Source: Octopus sinensis
Taxonomy: Eukaryota
Assembly: GCF_006345805.1 (NCBI RefSeq)
Contig: NC_043013.1
Location: 38,812,001-38,876,000, forward strand
Direction of reading: 5' to 3'
Length of the DNA stretch: 64,000 bases
Part shown: in pieces, positions 1 through 13,224 of the stretch
Position numbering within the stretch: the first letter of the stretch is position 1
Layout of the letters: every line of letters starts with the position of its first letter
Position numbers and translations under genes: made by a program
Notes under the pieces: generated by a model
Databases searched by the model: none
Told to the model about the DNA's origin: nothing
What the model saw: only the letters and a program-made list of their open reading frames with translations

Positions 1-229
1 TGGAAATTTCTTTAAAAGTCTAAATATTTTTGAATATTTTTGTAGCCAAGCCAACTAACTTCTTGCGGAGCAAGTTGGCTAGGCAAAATTTTACCCCATT
101 GGGGTAAAATTACGTTTTGAATTTTTGAACATTGTAAAATTTACAAATACATTTTTTAAAAAATGGCTATGAAGCGAACAGTCGGCTGTTCCCCTTCTCT
201 CGACTCCATACCCTCCGCAAACACACACA

Positions 230-1985
230 TTGTCACAAAAACACCCACTTCACGCCATAAAAGGCAACAAAGATCCTCCTTCCGAACCGGAGAGCACGCG
301 CTCCGTTCGAAAAGAGAATACAAATCAGGACATCACGTTCGATGTCAGTCTCGATTTCCCCCCTCTGCCTTCAACCAGTGCTATGGTACCGAAGGAGGAG
401 GAAGGAAAAACCATTACCAACATTAACACAAACATGAACACAGATAAAAGTGAAAAAACTTCCAACGGTTTTGCTTCTGCTGCGAAGCAAATTTCGGACG
501 AAGTAAAGATCACATTACACGATATCAAAAAGGCGAAGGAGTTATTGAGGAAAGATGGCAATAGTATCTTCCTCAATACTCCACAAGAAGTAATTGACGA
601 AACCAATAAAAAAACAATTACATACAAAATTTTCGACAAGAAACTTTAAAAAATGACAAACGCCACACCCCAACAGTTGGAAATAGCTCTAAAGCCCATT
701 TGGGGCCAAAAGAGCTACGTCACCAAGGGGAAGCATTTCGGAACCGTAGAGGTTCGTTTTCGAACGGAAGAAGAAGCAAGGGAGCACTCCATTTCGCACT
801 TGCAAACAGAAACTTTGTTACTTATTCCAACCCACCTCGGGCGAAGGGCAACAAAAATAAAAATTGATCTCGTCCCCCCTGAACTCGATATGTCATGGCT
901 GGTGGCAGCTGTCCTCTATGACATAGAGGACACTACAACTATTCTGGATGTCAGGAGAGTCAGGGAAAAAACTGGTTAGGGATGGGAGTGCTGCTTCTTG
1001 CTCAGATTCAGCAAGAGAATATGAACAAGATCCCAGATTTCGTCAATTTGCCGGACGGCACCAGGCTACACGTTACTGTGGAGGGGCAAAAGCCAAAATG
1101 TTTCCTCTGCAGCAGCGAAAGCCACCTTAAAAGTGACTGACCCATTCAGAAGAAAAGAATGGAGGCAAACAGCAAGAGGCAGCAACAACAACAACAACAG
1201 AAACAGCACGAAACACCAAAGGCTGCCACACCACCAACACCACCACCACCACCAAGACGAACGACACCACCTCCAACAACAACAACCACCAAACCAACAC
1301 CAACCCCAGCACCGAGAAAATCAACAACAACAAAAAAGGAAAAGAAAACTCACCGACACAGTCACCATCAACAACAGAAACAGCAACACCACCAATACCA
1401 AAAGAACCAACAGAAATCTTTCGCCCTGCTGCTGAAGCAGATCCAATAACTATTCCTTTGCCGGATGAAGAGTACTCGGATTGTGCGAGCTCTGATTCCA
1501 ACAAAGGAGAATGGAACATGGTGCCTCCAAGAAAGAAAAGGAGGAGAAAACAAAAAGACACACAGGGGAAGCACGAACAAATAGTGCTTCCCAACATCAA
1601 CAACAACAACAACAACACACACTCACAACAACAAACAACAACAACACTTTCGACACCACTACTGCCACTGCCACACACACAAACACACACACACACACAC
1701 ACAATTACATCAATAAACACAAAAAACCAGAAACTAGTGGAGTACTTAAAAGACAAAACTAATACAAATATAACAGATTTCGTTATACCAAGGCATAACA
1801 CACCACCAGCACACATTCTCACAATAAAAATGAATACAAAAATATATAACGAAATAAAACAAATATTCTCTAACGATGTCGGATTGCTAGGGAAAAGTTC
1901 CTCCAAGAAACTTTACAAAAATATTGTGGAAGCATCCGTGAAAAAGCACAAGGGAGCCACCCCCACCACCAACAACAGTAAGTAG
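230..1985 (+). pseudogene. LINE ORF1 (RNA-binding/zinc-knuckle protein), disrupted
   Basis: ORF pieces 230-649, 653-979 and 1458-1985 align with ORF1 of copy 2 (LKPIWGQKSYVTKGKHFGTVEVRF vs LRPIWQQTSYITTGSRFGTVEVRF); stops and frameshifts present. Confidence 0.8.
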
Positions 1986-2029
1986 AGCCTTTTTTCTCCT
2001 TTTATTTTTTTTTTCCCTACCTTTGAAAG

Positions 2030-5000
2030 ATGGCAAATCTTAGAATCGGTTGCTTGAATGTGAGAGACCTCGGGTCACCTTGGAAACAGGGTCACCTGTT
2101 AAACGACCTGAGGTTTCATGATGTGGATGTAGCAGCCATCAGTGAAACCAGGCTCTCCGACCCGCAGGAACTCGCGGCCCTTTTCGGCGGATACGAGATA
2201 TTTCTATCTCCGTGTCGGCCGGGAGCGGGCGGTGGTGGTACTGCGGTGTTGTTTCGGAAGGGCCTGGACTTGAAAATAAGGACAGTCTTCCTGGATCCGG
2301 AAGGTAAGTTGGTGGTCCTCGACGTAGACGGTAGTGACGGCGGTGCTTTCAGACTGCTGGCTGCCTACGCTCCGACAGGGGCAGGGCAGTCGGATTATTT
2401 CAAACGTCTGGAAGTTTTCCTTGGAACGTCACGCACTCTAGTGCTAGTTGGGGATTGGAACGCTGTCTTAGACGAACGTTTCGATCGGGTGGGCAGGGGA
2501 GCGTCTGATAGGAGAGGAGGAGGGTGCAAGAGCTTCGCCAACCTACTCGGCCGCTTTCAGCTGTCCGACAGGTTTCGACTAGACAACCCGATTGTGCTAA
2601 TGTGGACTTGGACCAATCGCATCGGGTCGTCTAGATCGTACTTAGATAGAGTGTTTTGTAGGCCAGCGGATAAGGACAGCGTAGGGTGTCCACAATTCCT
2701 CTTAGTCGACTATACGGACCACAAATTAGTGATCTGTACGGTCGACTTAGATAGGCTACATAGACAGGGACCCGGCTACTGGAAGCTGAACGCGTCGTTA
2801 ACGGCGTGCAAAGCTTACAGAGACCGGATTAGTTTACTAGTTAAGCGGGCGCTCACGGGGGCAATCATCAACAACAACTGGTGGTTTGCCCTCAAGAGAG
2901 CAATTAGAGTAGAGTCGATTAGGTTTAGCAAGACTCTAGCTATTGAACGTAGGAAGAGAGAGCGGGATTTAGTTAAGAAACTAGACGAGGCTCTTGAGAC
3001 AGGCATCGCGACCGACGTTTTGGCGGCAAGGTTGGCCCTCGACCAACACTTTGACGTCAAACACGAAGGCTGCGTTGTCAGAGCTAAGGCACGTTCGCTA
3101 AGCGGGGAGGGGACTAGAGCCGCTCGATGGGCCCGCGTGGCGGAGGCGAAGCGAGGCAACAGAGCAACCATTCGGTCTTTGGTGGACCAGAACGGGCGCG
3201 AGGTTACTGAACCGAAGCAGATGTGTGCGGTGTTTCAGCGGCACTTTGCTCAACTGTTTGGGACGAGCTGTGGAACGCACAATGGTGCAGACTTCGGTGT
3301 GTACCTGGACGGCCTACCGCAACTCTCGAACAGCGAGGCAGAGTGCTGCGAAGGACCGATATCTGTCTGGGAAGTGGAGGAAGCAATGAAGAGTTGCACG
3401 TGAGGTAGATCGCCGGGTTTGGATGGTCTGCCCTACGAGCTTTACACTTCAATGCCAGACTTGTTTGCAGGCCTGTTGGCAAACGTCTACTGCAACTGGC
3501 AGCAAAACGGGAGAATTCCTGCTTTTGTCTGTCGAGCGGTGGTAACTTTGCTAAAAAAAGACCCAAACACGGGGGACGTTATAGGGAATTTTCGGCTCAT
3601 CATTCTGCTCAAAGCAGAGTTGAAGATTTTGGCCAAGGTGCTAGCCAAGAGATTGGCGCTTGCCGTGGACAAGCTGGTCGGCAAGACGCAGACATGCGCC
3701 GTGCTAACCAGGTCAATACACAACAACCTCCATCTCATGCGCTACATCTTAGAGAGGGTGGGTAACGACGCTGGCGCGGTTGGGGCTTTGATCAACTTAG
3801 ATTAGAGTAAAGCCTTCGATAGGGTCGACCATCGGTACCTGGGAGCCGTTCTCAGGGCAGCTGACTTCTGTCCAGTTTTCCGCGGGTGGATAGCTGCTTT
3901 ATACAGCAACATCTGCTCGGTGATACGAGTGAACGGTCACCTTTCGGAACCGTTCGACATCTCGCGTTCGGTCCGCCAAGGATGCCCTCTCTCCTCCCTC
4001 TTGTACATATTGACTCTCGAGCCATTACTGCGCAGGTTGGAGGCTTTGAGGGGTATCCCGCGCGATCTAGGAGGCGGAAACAGCGTGTCTGCCTATGCCG
4101 ACGACGTCACCGTGATGGTGTCGAGCCACAGGCACATTGGCCTGATTGGCGACACACTCAACGAGTACGAAGCGGTGACAGGGGCAAAGATTAACGCGGA
4201 AAAGTCTGTGGGCTTGCAACTGGGCACCTGGAGAGGCAAGCCCATGCCGTCCAACAGCGTCGTAGGGCGCTGGACAGATGGACCCGTTAAACTGCTCGGG
4301 GTCTGGTTCGGTCCGGACCTCCAGGTGGATAAAAACTGGGAAGAGGTGACGAGCAGGGTGGCACGTCTCACCCAGAAATGGGCCGAGAGGAAGCTGTCCC
4401 TGAAAGGTCGAGCGGAGATGGCGAATGCGTACATCGCATCCGTCATCTATTACCGCTTGACCGTCGTCCCTTGTCCCGACTGCTGGTTGGCCAAGCTGGT
4501 ACGCCTGCTCTTCGACTTTTTGTGGAAGGGTCAGGTGCCACTGGTCAGGCGATCCATCTGCTGTCAACGACCGCTGAACGGAGGCCTTGGCATGCCGTGG
4601 TTACTGATGCGCAGACATGCGCTCAGGCTGCGACATCTCAAGCGTTTCCTAGACGGTGATCAGGTGTGGTCGTCTTTTGTCAGACGCGACTTTCCGCAGC
4701 TCGTCTCTTTGACAGAGCTGCAGACCTGGATCAAACGTAGACCGAGAAAGGACGCTTGGCACCTCGAGTGCCCTCAAGCTCTCTCCGCCCTCCGCCAGGC
4801 GGGCAATGCGATCGGTTTCAGCTCCACTCTAGCGTTCTATAGAGGGTTAGTGGAGGAAAAATGCGACGACGTTCTCGGGGAAACTCTAGGCGTTGACGAT
4901 AACGAACTGAGCGGTCTGTTCGGGAGGACTTTCGGGCCGGGGCCAATGGACAATTTCCAGAGGTCGCTCGCCTGGCAGTGCTACCGAGGGGCTCTGCCTG

Positions 5001-5450
5001 TTCGGGATAAACTCTACCGGCACGGAAGTGCCGTCAGTCGGGCCTGTCCGAGGTGTTGCCAGGACGACGAAACCGTTCTGCATGCACTCGTCCAGTGCCC
5101 GAGTATTGCTGAACTATGGGTTTATGTCGAACAGCTACTGTCACGTGTAGGACGGATCCGGCTATCGGCCGAATCCATAGTGAAGATTGCCCTTTAAGAA
5201 GGAGGGCGAAGCAGTTTTCTTGTGCCTAGTGGCTGTAGCGAAAGAGGTTGTATGGTGGACCCGTTTGAAAGGGCTAAAGTCAGACACTTTCCTCTTTGGT
5301 CAAGACCTCATCAACTTTTTCAAGTTTCACTTGAAAAGGAAGATGAGGTTAGAGAGGAGAGTGCTGTCCGATAGCAAGTTTACTGAAAGGTGGGTGAATT
5401 GTGCGAGAATGGCCAGTATAAATGGACCAGTTCTCAGGTTTCGCCTGTAA
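2030..5450 (+). pseudogene. LINE ORF2: apurinic-like endonuclease, reverse transcriptase and zinc-binding domain, disrupted
   Basis: APE motifs LNVR, ISET, YAP, GDWN, LDRV, TDH; RT motifs KAFDRV, VRQGCPLS, YADD; CPRCCQDDETVLHALVQC; in-frame stops at 3403, 3805 and about 3864, frameshift near 5190. Confidence 0.95.
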
Positions 5451-6430
5451 TTCAAAAAGGTACTATAAAAGGAGAAAAGGGGCTCTCTACCCCCCTTTTT
5501 GACTAGGCTCCCGTTGGCTTTTATGGGTTTTTTCCACCAGGAACCTTTCGTAACGCCTCCCCCTATTGGGAGTTTTTCGTTGTTAAATATTTTCATTGTT
5601 ACACTGTTGTTTACACGGATTTTTCAAAAACGGACAAAACCCTTTGTAACCTTTCGTCCTGTTTTGTTCCTTTATGTTTTCAAATCATGTGTGTCAGCCC
5701 TTGTGGCCAATAAAAAAGAATTAATTATTCTTGGTGATCCGTCCAAGAAAAACAGAAAACTATCGGTAGTTTTTGTTTTTTTTCTATTTTTCTTTTACAT
5801 GTTTTCTTTCTATTTTATACAATTATTTCCTCCCTTTATATATATATATATATATAAGAAAAAACCTAATTGATAATAACATAATTTCACAAATTTTGTT
5901 TTCTAATTTAAATTTCAATCTTATTAAAAAATGAACTTATTTGTGGAAAGCGCCACCAACATCCCAGATATGATAACCCATTTTAGGAGATTTCCAACCG
6001 TGGCCACCAAATCTTTTTCAGAGCGTTCCAAATCTCTGTATTTACGTAAATAGGTTGTGTCAAATCAAAAGTGTCAATGAAAATAATGCAGTCTATATAT
6101 GGTCGTGTGAAAAGAGCCAATGAAAAAATGCGTGGTCAATCGTCTATTTTGTCAGTGTGTGTGTGTGTGTGTGATAAGAACAACACCTAGATTTTAATGA
6201 AATGTTGTAAAATGCATAAAAATAACTCTTCTTGCAATGTAGTGAAATATAATAGAAATATGTTTTGAAAAAAAATATAAAATACACGTGGAAATGTAAG
6301 GGTAGAATATGAAAAATCAACCAAAGTGCATATTGTAGATATAAAAAGGCTATTTATGACAGGTAGAGACAAATATATACATTTAGAGTATTACTAGTCA
6401 AAAAGGTCATTATTATTGATGATTATAAGA

Positions 6431-6514
<84 letters not shown>

Positions 6515-6733
6515 GGTAAGAGACTGAAACGAACTGTCTCTATTGTGGGGTGGCGGATTTGCTCTTTGTGAATGGTGATATATATATAAATATACACATA
6601 TATATATATATGCATATCTATATATTATGTATATGCATGTATGTATAGTAAGAGGTTAGTATAATTCAAAAATCGTGGCGAAGGATGTTAGTATGGATGT
6701 ATGCAGCTAGTACAGATGAGAAAATGTAGAGAA

Positions 6734-7117
6734 TCTCTCTCTATATAAACGGCAGTTTGTCTGTGTGTGTGTCTGTGTGTCTGTTAGGTTGTACCCTCAC
6801 CCTGACCACGGCTTTCAACCGATTCTGATGAAACTTGATACACACATAGCCCAATGTCATAATTCAAAACTAACGCAGAGAAAATTTTGAAAAGTTCCCC
6901 CAGTTCTGAAAAAAATCGATAAATTCGACATGGGGGCGAGAATCAGAAACACAAACCACAGACTGTCTAGGGGACGCAACTCGACCTTTTAACTCTCAAA
7001 AAAAATTTACCATCATTTTTTTTTCCATTTTTTTGCTATTTTTTGGCTATAACTCTCTAAAAATGCTTTATAGTTATTTCCCTTACAAACCCGACCAACG
7101 CCGGGTGATACTGCTAG
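6734..7117 (+). mobile_element. Non-autonomous Helitron
   Basis: 5' TC after A, 3' CTAG before T, subterminal hairpin ACCCG-N8-CGGGT (7089-7106), no TSD; 3' end shared with 29370-29764. Confidence 0.8.
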
Positions 7118-7380
7118 TATACAATAAATCGAATTTAGTAACAACGTAAGTTGCACACTTTGTCCCATATTGAAATCAAAAGTAATTTCGATAAGCTGAC
7201 GATTACCTTGCAACACACAGTTTAGCAACTAAAGTTGCATAAATAGGCGAATAAAAGATTCAAGGCAGCAAGGAATGTAACAAGTAAAACATGGACTACG
7301 AGCATTTCATAGCAAAGCAATGCTTGCTACACAAGCAGAACCAGCTTAGCTAATATACATACATATACAAATACATACAT

Positions 7381-7422
<42 letters not shown>

Positions 7423-8181
7423 TATATGAATGAATTACGGTCATGTTGACATTTGTTGAATAAGTGACAACACATACAAACATTCTTAGTTTTAATTATC
7501 TGTCTGGTCAATGAACAATGAAATACAATCTCGGGAATAATGCAAAAGTTTCGTTTTCCTAATGGCTTTAAATATAAAAACTGGTGAGATCTCCGGCCTT
7601 GGTAAAAAAAAATTAAAGAGACCCCATAGTTGTGAGATATTCAACAGCAAGTTTTTTACTATCCTAAACAAACGGGGCAACAAACCCTAACAAAATTTAT
7701 GCTCATACGTTTCAGTTAAAAATAAAAACGACAATTCTTTAAAAGTAGGGTGTGGTAAAAAATGTTTGTTCGTGGGCGAAAGAAAGCAAAGCAGTTAATA
7801 CCACATTGAATTTGAAGCCACAATCACGTCTATTCAGGGTAACGAACTAGGTCATGTACGACACACTCTGATTTTCAGGTCATTGAAAGTGTAGCGATTA
7901 TAATAGGTGGTATATAATGTCGAATAGAAAGCTTTGATATAAAAAAGAAAGCTGCTTCTATAGCCTTCTGATCAGGGTTTCATGTCTTTTATTTGTCTTG
8001 ACCACGAAGACAATATATCCAGTCCGACTCGCTTCCAAAATTACAACAATAACAATGTTTTCCAATTTTGGCGACCCTAGGGCTCAACTGGTACTCACTT
8101 TATGGGTCTTCGAAAGGACAAAAGGCAAAGTCTACCCCAGTGAGATATGAGTTCAAAACGTTAAGACGGACGGCGAAATAC

Positions 8182-8398
8182 CTATTTCTTTATTACCCAC
8201 AAGGGGCTAAACACAGAGGGAACAAACAAGGACAGACATAGGTATTAAGTCGATTACATCGACCCCAGTGCGTAACTGGTACTTAATTTATCGACCCCGA
8301 AAGGATGAAAGGCAAAGTCAAACACGGCGGAATTTGAAATAAGAATGTAACGGCGAAATACCACTAAGCATTTCGTCCAGCGTGCTAACGACTCTGGC
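8182..8398 (-). mobile_element. SINE family A (central CCTTTCATCCTTTCGGGGTCGATAAA domain, MetaSINE-like)
   Basis: Reverse complement of copies at 33631-33850 and 47326-47553; more degenerate pieces near 8060-8180, 8570-8700, 28490-28630, 38940-39150 and 43990-44450. Confidence 0.85.
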
Positions 8399-8733
8399 AC
8401 CTTAAAGCAATTTCAGCTTTGCACTTATGTTCGACTTGAACTCAAATACAGACATTCAAATGTCAAGTCTCCGTCAATTTCGTCCAAAGTACAAAGCCAA
8501 TAATAATAATAATAATAATAATAATGATGATGATGATGATGATGATGAAGATGATGATGATAATCCTTCTACTATAGGCACAAGGCCTGAAAGTTTGAGG
8601 ATGGGGATAGTCGATTGCATCGACCCCAGGGTCTCACTGGTACTTAATTTATCGACCCCCGAAAGGATGAAAGGCAAAATCGACCGCTGCAGAATTTGAA
8701 CTAATAATAATAATAATAATGGTAATAATAATA

Positions 8734-8769
<36 letters not shown>

Positions 8770-8770
8770 A

Positions 8771-8811
<41 letters not shown>

Positions 8812-8838
8812 ATAATAATAATAATAATAACAATAATA

Positions 8839-9270
8839 ACAGATAGAGAAATTAAGGCCAACAAACCAGATATAGTTGTCAGAGATCATGAAGAAAAAAA
8901 ATGCTAATTGATGTATCAATACCGGCAGATGACAACGTGTCTCTAAAAGAAATGGAGAAACTCTCAAAATACAAAGACCTGGAAATAGAGGTAACCAGAA
9001 TGTGGAATCTGAAAACAGAAACAATTCCTATCATAGTAGGTGCATTACGCATGATAAAAAAATATTCAGACAAATACATAACAAAAACACCAGGACTTAC
9101 AAACACATATATCATACAGAAAATTGCACTACTAGGCACTGCACACATCCTACGCAGTACACTTTCCATACAATAACCATCAGAGCATCACAACAAATCA
9201 CAGCACATACCCAAGGCACACAGAGCTGCGCTCGTTAGTGAAGTGAAAGCACGCTATAAAAATAAAACTA

Positions 9271-9273
<3 letters not shown>
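8839..9273 (+). mobile_element. 5'-truncated R4/Dong-like RLE non-LTR element in (TAA)n
   Basis: Restriction-like endonuclease motif KPDIVV...LIDVSIP...EKLSKY...PIIVGA; flanked on both sides by (TAA)n. Confidence 0.88.
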
Positions 9274-9341
<68 letters not shown>

Positions 9342-9894
9342 GAGATTACACCGGGGACGTTAAACATGTGAGAGCGATAAAACAGTGCTCCGAAATCTAT
9401 CCACAAACATCGGAAACAGAGACATCGCATGGAGCTAAAAAATAACTGACAAAGTATTGGACTATATCCGAGTAAGTAATACTCATTGAAATTTATTACT
9501 ATTTTCAAAACGAAATGATGTATTTTAACTCGATATCATCTCCACCTCTAACACAACACATGTAAACATGCTTGATACATTGCGATCCATCAACACCAGA
9601 TCATATCCGGCCCCAAACACCATGTACAAAAAAACTACGAATAAATGAAACAATACCGGTATTATTCAACCCAAGAATAACAATCGGGAAGTACGTACTG
9701 TAAACTTACAACATAAAATGTACGAAAAACTACACGTTCAAAACAATGTGACAACAGAAATGAACGGACCGGTACCCTAGACGAAGGAGAAGAGGAAGAA
9801 GAAGAAGAAGAAGAAGAAGAAGAAGAAGAAGAAGAAGAAGAAGAAGAAGAAGAAGAAGAAGAAGAAGAAGAAGAAGAAGAAGAAGAAGAAGAAG

Positions 9895-10811
9895 AAACAA
9901 CAAAAGCTATAAAACAAATGAAATCCAAACTAAAAATAGAACAGCAACGAAACATGATAAAACGATGGCAAGAAAAGCCCTTCATGACAAATACTGGACT
10001 AAACTAAATGCTAAAGAAATAGACAAAGAAAAATCCCAACAATGGTTGAGAAGCTCAGGACTCAAAGCAGAGACAGAAGGATTTTTAATTGCAGCACAAG
10101 ACCAAAGCCTCCCCACCAGAAATTACCAAAAACATGTAATGAAAAGAAATATAACAAGTAAATGCAGAATATGCGGAGATGGACAAGAAACAATAAATCA
10201 TATTATCTCTGGCTGCCCAGTCCTGGCTAAGAAGGAATATATTCACAGACACGACAGAGTTGAGACCTATATACACTGGAAACTATGCCAACATTATGGA
10301 ATATCAACAGAAAAACGATGGTATAGGCACACACCAGAAAAGGTCACAGAAAACGAGAAAGCAACCATACTCTGGGATATGCCAATACACACGGATAGAG
10401 AAATTAAGGCCAATAGGCCAGATATAGTTGTCAGAGATCATGAAGGGAAAAAATGCTTTCTAATTGATGTATCAATACCAGCGGATGACAACGTGTCTCT
10501 AAAAGAAATGGAGAAACTTTCAAAATACAAAGACCTGGAAATAGAGGTAAGCAGAATGTGGAATCTAAAAGCAGAAACAATTCCTATCATAGTAGGTGCA
10601 TTACGCATGATAAAAAAAATATTCAGACAAATACATAGCAAAAACACCAGGACTTACAAACACATATAACATACAGAAAATTGCACTACTAGGCACTGCA
10701 CACATCCTATGCAGAACACTTTCAATACAATAACCATCAGAGCATCACAACAAAGGCACACAGAGCTGAGCTCGGTAGTGAAGTGAAAGCACGATATAAA
10801 AAATATACTAA

Positions 10812-10813
<2 letters not shown>
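9895..10813 (+). mobile_element. 5'-truncated R4/Dong-like element (CCHC zinc finger plus RLE)
   Basis: ORF 9965-10669 contains CRICGDGQETINHIISGC, YIHRHD and RPDIVV..LIDVSIP; same 3' UTR as the 8839 copy; ends in (TAA)n. Confidence 0.9.
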
Positions 10814-10875
<62 letters not shown>

Positions 10876-10892
10876 TGATGATAATAATAATA

Positions 10893-10948
<56 letters not shown>

Positions 10949-10999
10949 TACTAATAAACAATACAGAGACAGACATAAAGTGTTGGGGTTTACATATAA

Positions 11000-11338
11000 A
11001 GGGTAAAGACCCACTTCGGTCATGAATGACCATGGGATTGCACCTAGAAAGTTACCCTCCTAGACACAAGTCCGGGCAAGGTTGTTTATGGAAGACCAGC
11101 AGTCGCCCATGCATACCAGCCTCCCCTCTCCACGCCACCAGTGTTATCCAAGGGAAAGACAAAGGTCGATACAGCTTGACACCAGTGACGTCGCAACTCA
11201 TTTCTACAGCTGAGTGAACTGGAGCAACGTGAAATAAAGTGCCTTGCTCAAGAACACAACACTCAGCCCGGTCCGGGATTCGAGCTCCCAACCTCACGAT
11301 CGTAAGCTCGACGCTCTAACCACTGAGCCATGCGCCTT
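11000..11338 (-). mobile_element. tRNA-derived SINE family B with CORE-like CTTGAGCAAGGCAC
   Basis: A-box TGGCTCAGTGG and B-box-like GCTCGAATCCC on the minus strand; second copy at 19563-19866. Confidence 0.85.
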
Positions 11339-11344
11339 CACATA

Positions 11345-12085
11345 TAACAGAGAAATAATAAAAGAAAAAAGGTATATACGGTATACACTGGGAAATAGGA
11401 GACATGCATAGCATACAGAGGTACAAAGAGAAATGGTGATGATGGAGGGGATGATAGAGATGTGGTCCTCCTGATACAGGAACGTTTCTAGGGATAATCG
11501 AGGAACCCCACCGTCCGAGATTTTTCTGAAACCCTATGAGTAAGTGCCCTCTCCAATTCCTTCTCTTCCACTCACAGGTCTACACTTAGAGAGTTACCTT
11601 CCACTCTTGCCATTTTCGCAACCTTTTCCCACCTTTCAATAAACTCACTTGAGGACAGCTCTTGCATCTACACTTTCAATTTCTTTTTCAAGTGAAACTT
11701 GAAGAAGTCAATGAGAACTCTACCAAAGAGGAATGTATTTGTCCTCATACCTTTCAGCATTGTTCACCAAATAGTCTCTTTCGCCCGTCACCAGGCAAAG
11801 GAAAACTGCCTTGTCTGCCCGATCGTAGGAGGGCGGCGGTACAATTATCAGTACAGACTCGGCCAATAGACGGATCCGTTCCACACGTGACAGCAGCTGT
11901 TCAAGATATACCCTACAAGTCAGCAATGCCCGGACACTAAACGTGGGCGTGCAGAACGGTTTCATCACTCTGCGCGCAATTCGGACAAGTCCGTCTGTCA
12001 GTACATCCGTGCCTGCAGAACTTGTCCCGAGCCGGTAGCGCCCCCTCCCAAGTAGCACTGCAGGCCAAGGATATCTGGAAATTAT
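11345..12085 (-). mobile_element. 3' fragment of a Tx1/L1-like LINE
   Basis: ORF 11720-12058 LEQLLSRVERIRLLAESVLIIVPP..KAVFLCLV matches the C-terminus of ORF2 in copy 1. Confidence 0.8.
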
Positions 12086-12142
12086 CTATGATAGTTCTCG
12101 ACCGAAAAGTCCTCCATAATAATAAAAAGAATAATAAGAAGA

Positions 12143-12500
12143 AGATGGGCTACTGCAAATATTCTGCTCAATACTACAGTCGTTTGACCATAACCAGTTG
12201 AACGTGTCCTTTAGTGGCTGACGATATGCGTATCTCAGATCACTACCAGAGTAGTAGAGAGCATCATATGTTGAGAGGAATTCTTTGGGGTTTGGATAAT
12301 TCACCTCTAGGAACATAGATGTTTCGTTCAATATACTTAAACAACCCCTGTTGAAGGACCTTTCGAACGGTTTCGGTTACTTGATCTGAAGAAAATTTTA
12401 ATTAGGCCCCACCTGCAAGGTCATGTGCTGTTTATCTTGATATGATTTAACCACGTAGAGATTATACGTCATGCACGTATGGTTCACCATGTCGCGTACA
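12143..12500 (+). repeat. Interspersed repeat family F (3'-truncated copy)
   Basis: Matches 23301-23766 (minus) and 24838-25175 (plus); starts GATGGGCTACTGCAAATATTCTGCTC. Confidence 0.75.
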
Positions 12501-12799
12501 AAACCATTCGCACAGAAAGCATATAGAAGTTTGTTTAAAAATAAAAAAACAAAAAAAACTATATATTACACTTAGTCGCGTTAGCAAAGGTATGTGGGGT
12601 TCGAGTCCGATGCGGCTGGGGAAGCTTACTTTTTTCTTTCGAGGGCTTATATGCCACATTATTATACTATTTCCTTAGTCATTGCAAGGTGATCGCTATA
12701 AACTATAAGCTTATATAAATGACATTTATATTTACAGGATTGTAAAACTTCGCTCCGAATAACAAAACATTTTCACCGAAAGCATATATATACTCTTTT

Positions 12800-13205
12800 A
12801 ATTATTTCAGTCATTTGACTGTAGCCATGCTGGAGCACCGCCTTTAGTCGAGCAAATCGACCCAAGAATCATTTTTTGGAAGCTTAGTACTTCTCTATCG
12901 TTCTCTTTTTGCCGAACCGCTAAGTTACGGGGACGTAAACACACCAGCATCGATGTCAAGTGATGTTGGGGGGGGGGGACAAAGACAGACACACAACGAC
13001 ACACACACACATATACATATATATATATATACATGTATACGACGGGCTTCTTTCAGTTTCCGTCTACCACATCCACTCACAAGGTTTTGGTCGGCCCGAG
13101 GCTATAGTAGAAGACACTTGCCCAAGGTGACACGCAGTGGGACTGAAACTGGAACCATGTGGTTGGTAAGCAAGCTACTTACCACAAGCCACTCCTACGC
13201 CTATA
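12800..13205 (-). mobile_element. tRNA-derived SINE family D with internal microsatellite
   Basis: Minus-strand head with GTTCAGTCCC-like B box and CCTTGGGCAAG core; related halves at 33380-33560, 52930-53115 and 53130-53283. Confidence 0.75.
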
Positions 13206-13224
13206 TATAGATATATATATATAT

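Larger units (their letters stand above)
1..5722 (+). mobile_element. Near-full-length decayed Tx1/L1-clade non-LTR retrotransposon (copy 1)
   Basis: Broken ORF1 (about 230-1985; gag-type knuckle CFLCSSESHLKSD* near 1098-1140), then ORF2 with APE, RT and a C-terminal Cys motif; 3' end CCCTTGTGGCCAATAAAAAAGAA at about 5698-5720; homologous to the copy at 56-61 kb. Confidence 0.92.

Noticed and set aside
3401-3403. Programmed stop read-through in LINE ORF2
   Set aside because: Several other stops and frameshifts occur at positions not shared with copy 2, so simple decay explains them
11260-11338. tRNA genes here and at 17059, 19563 and 37613
   Set aside because: tRNA-like heads continue into shared SINE bodies and lack a proper acceptor stem and terminator
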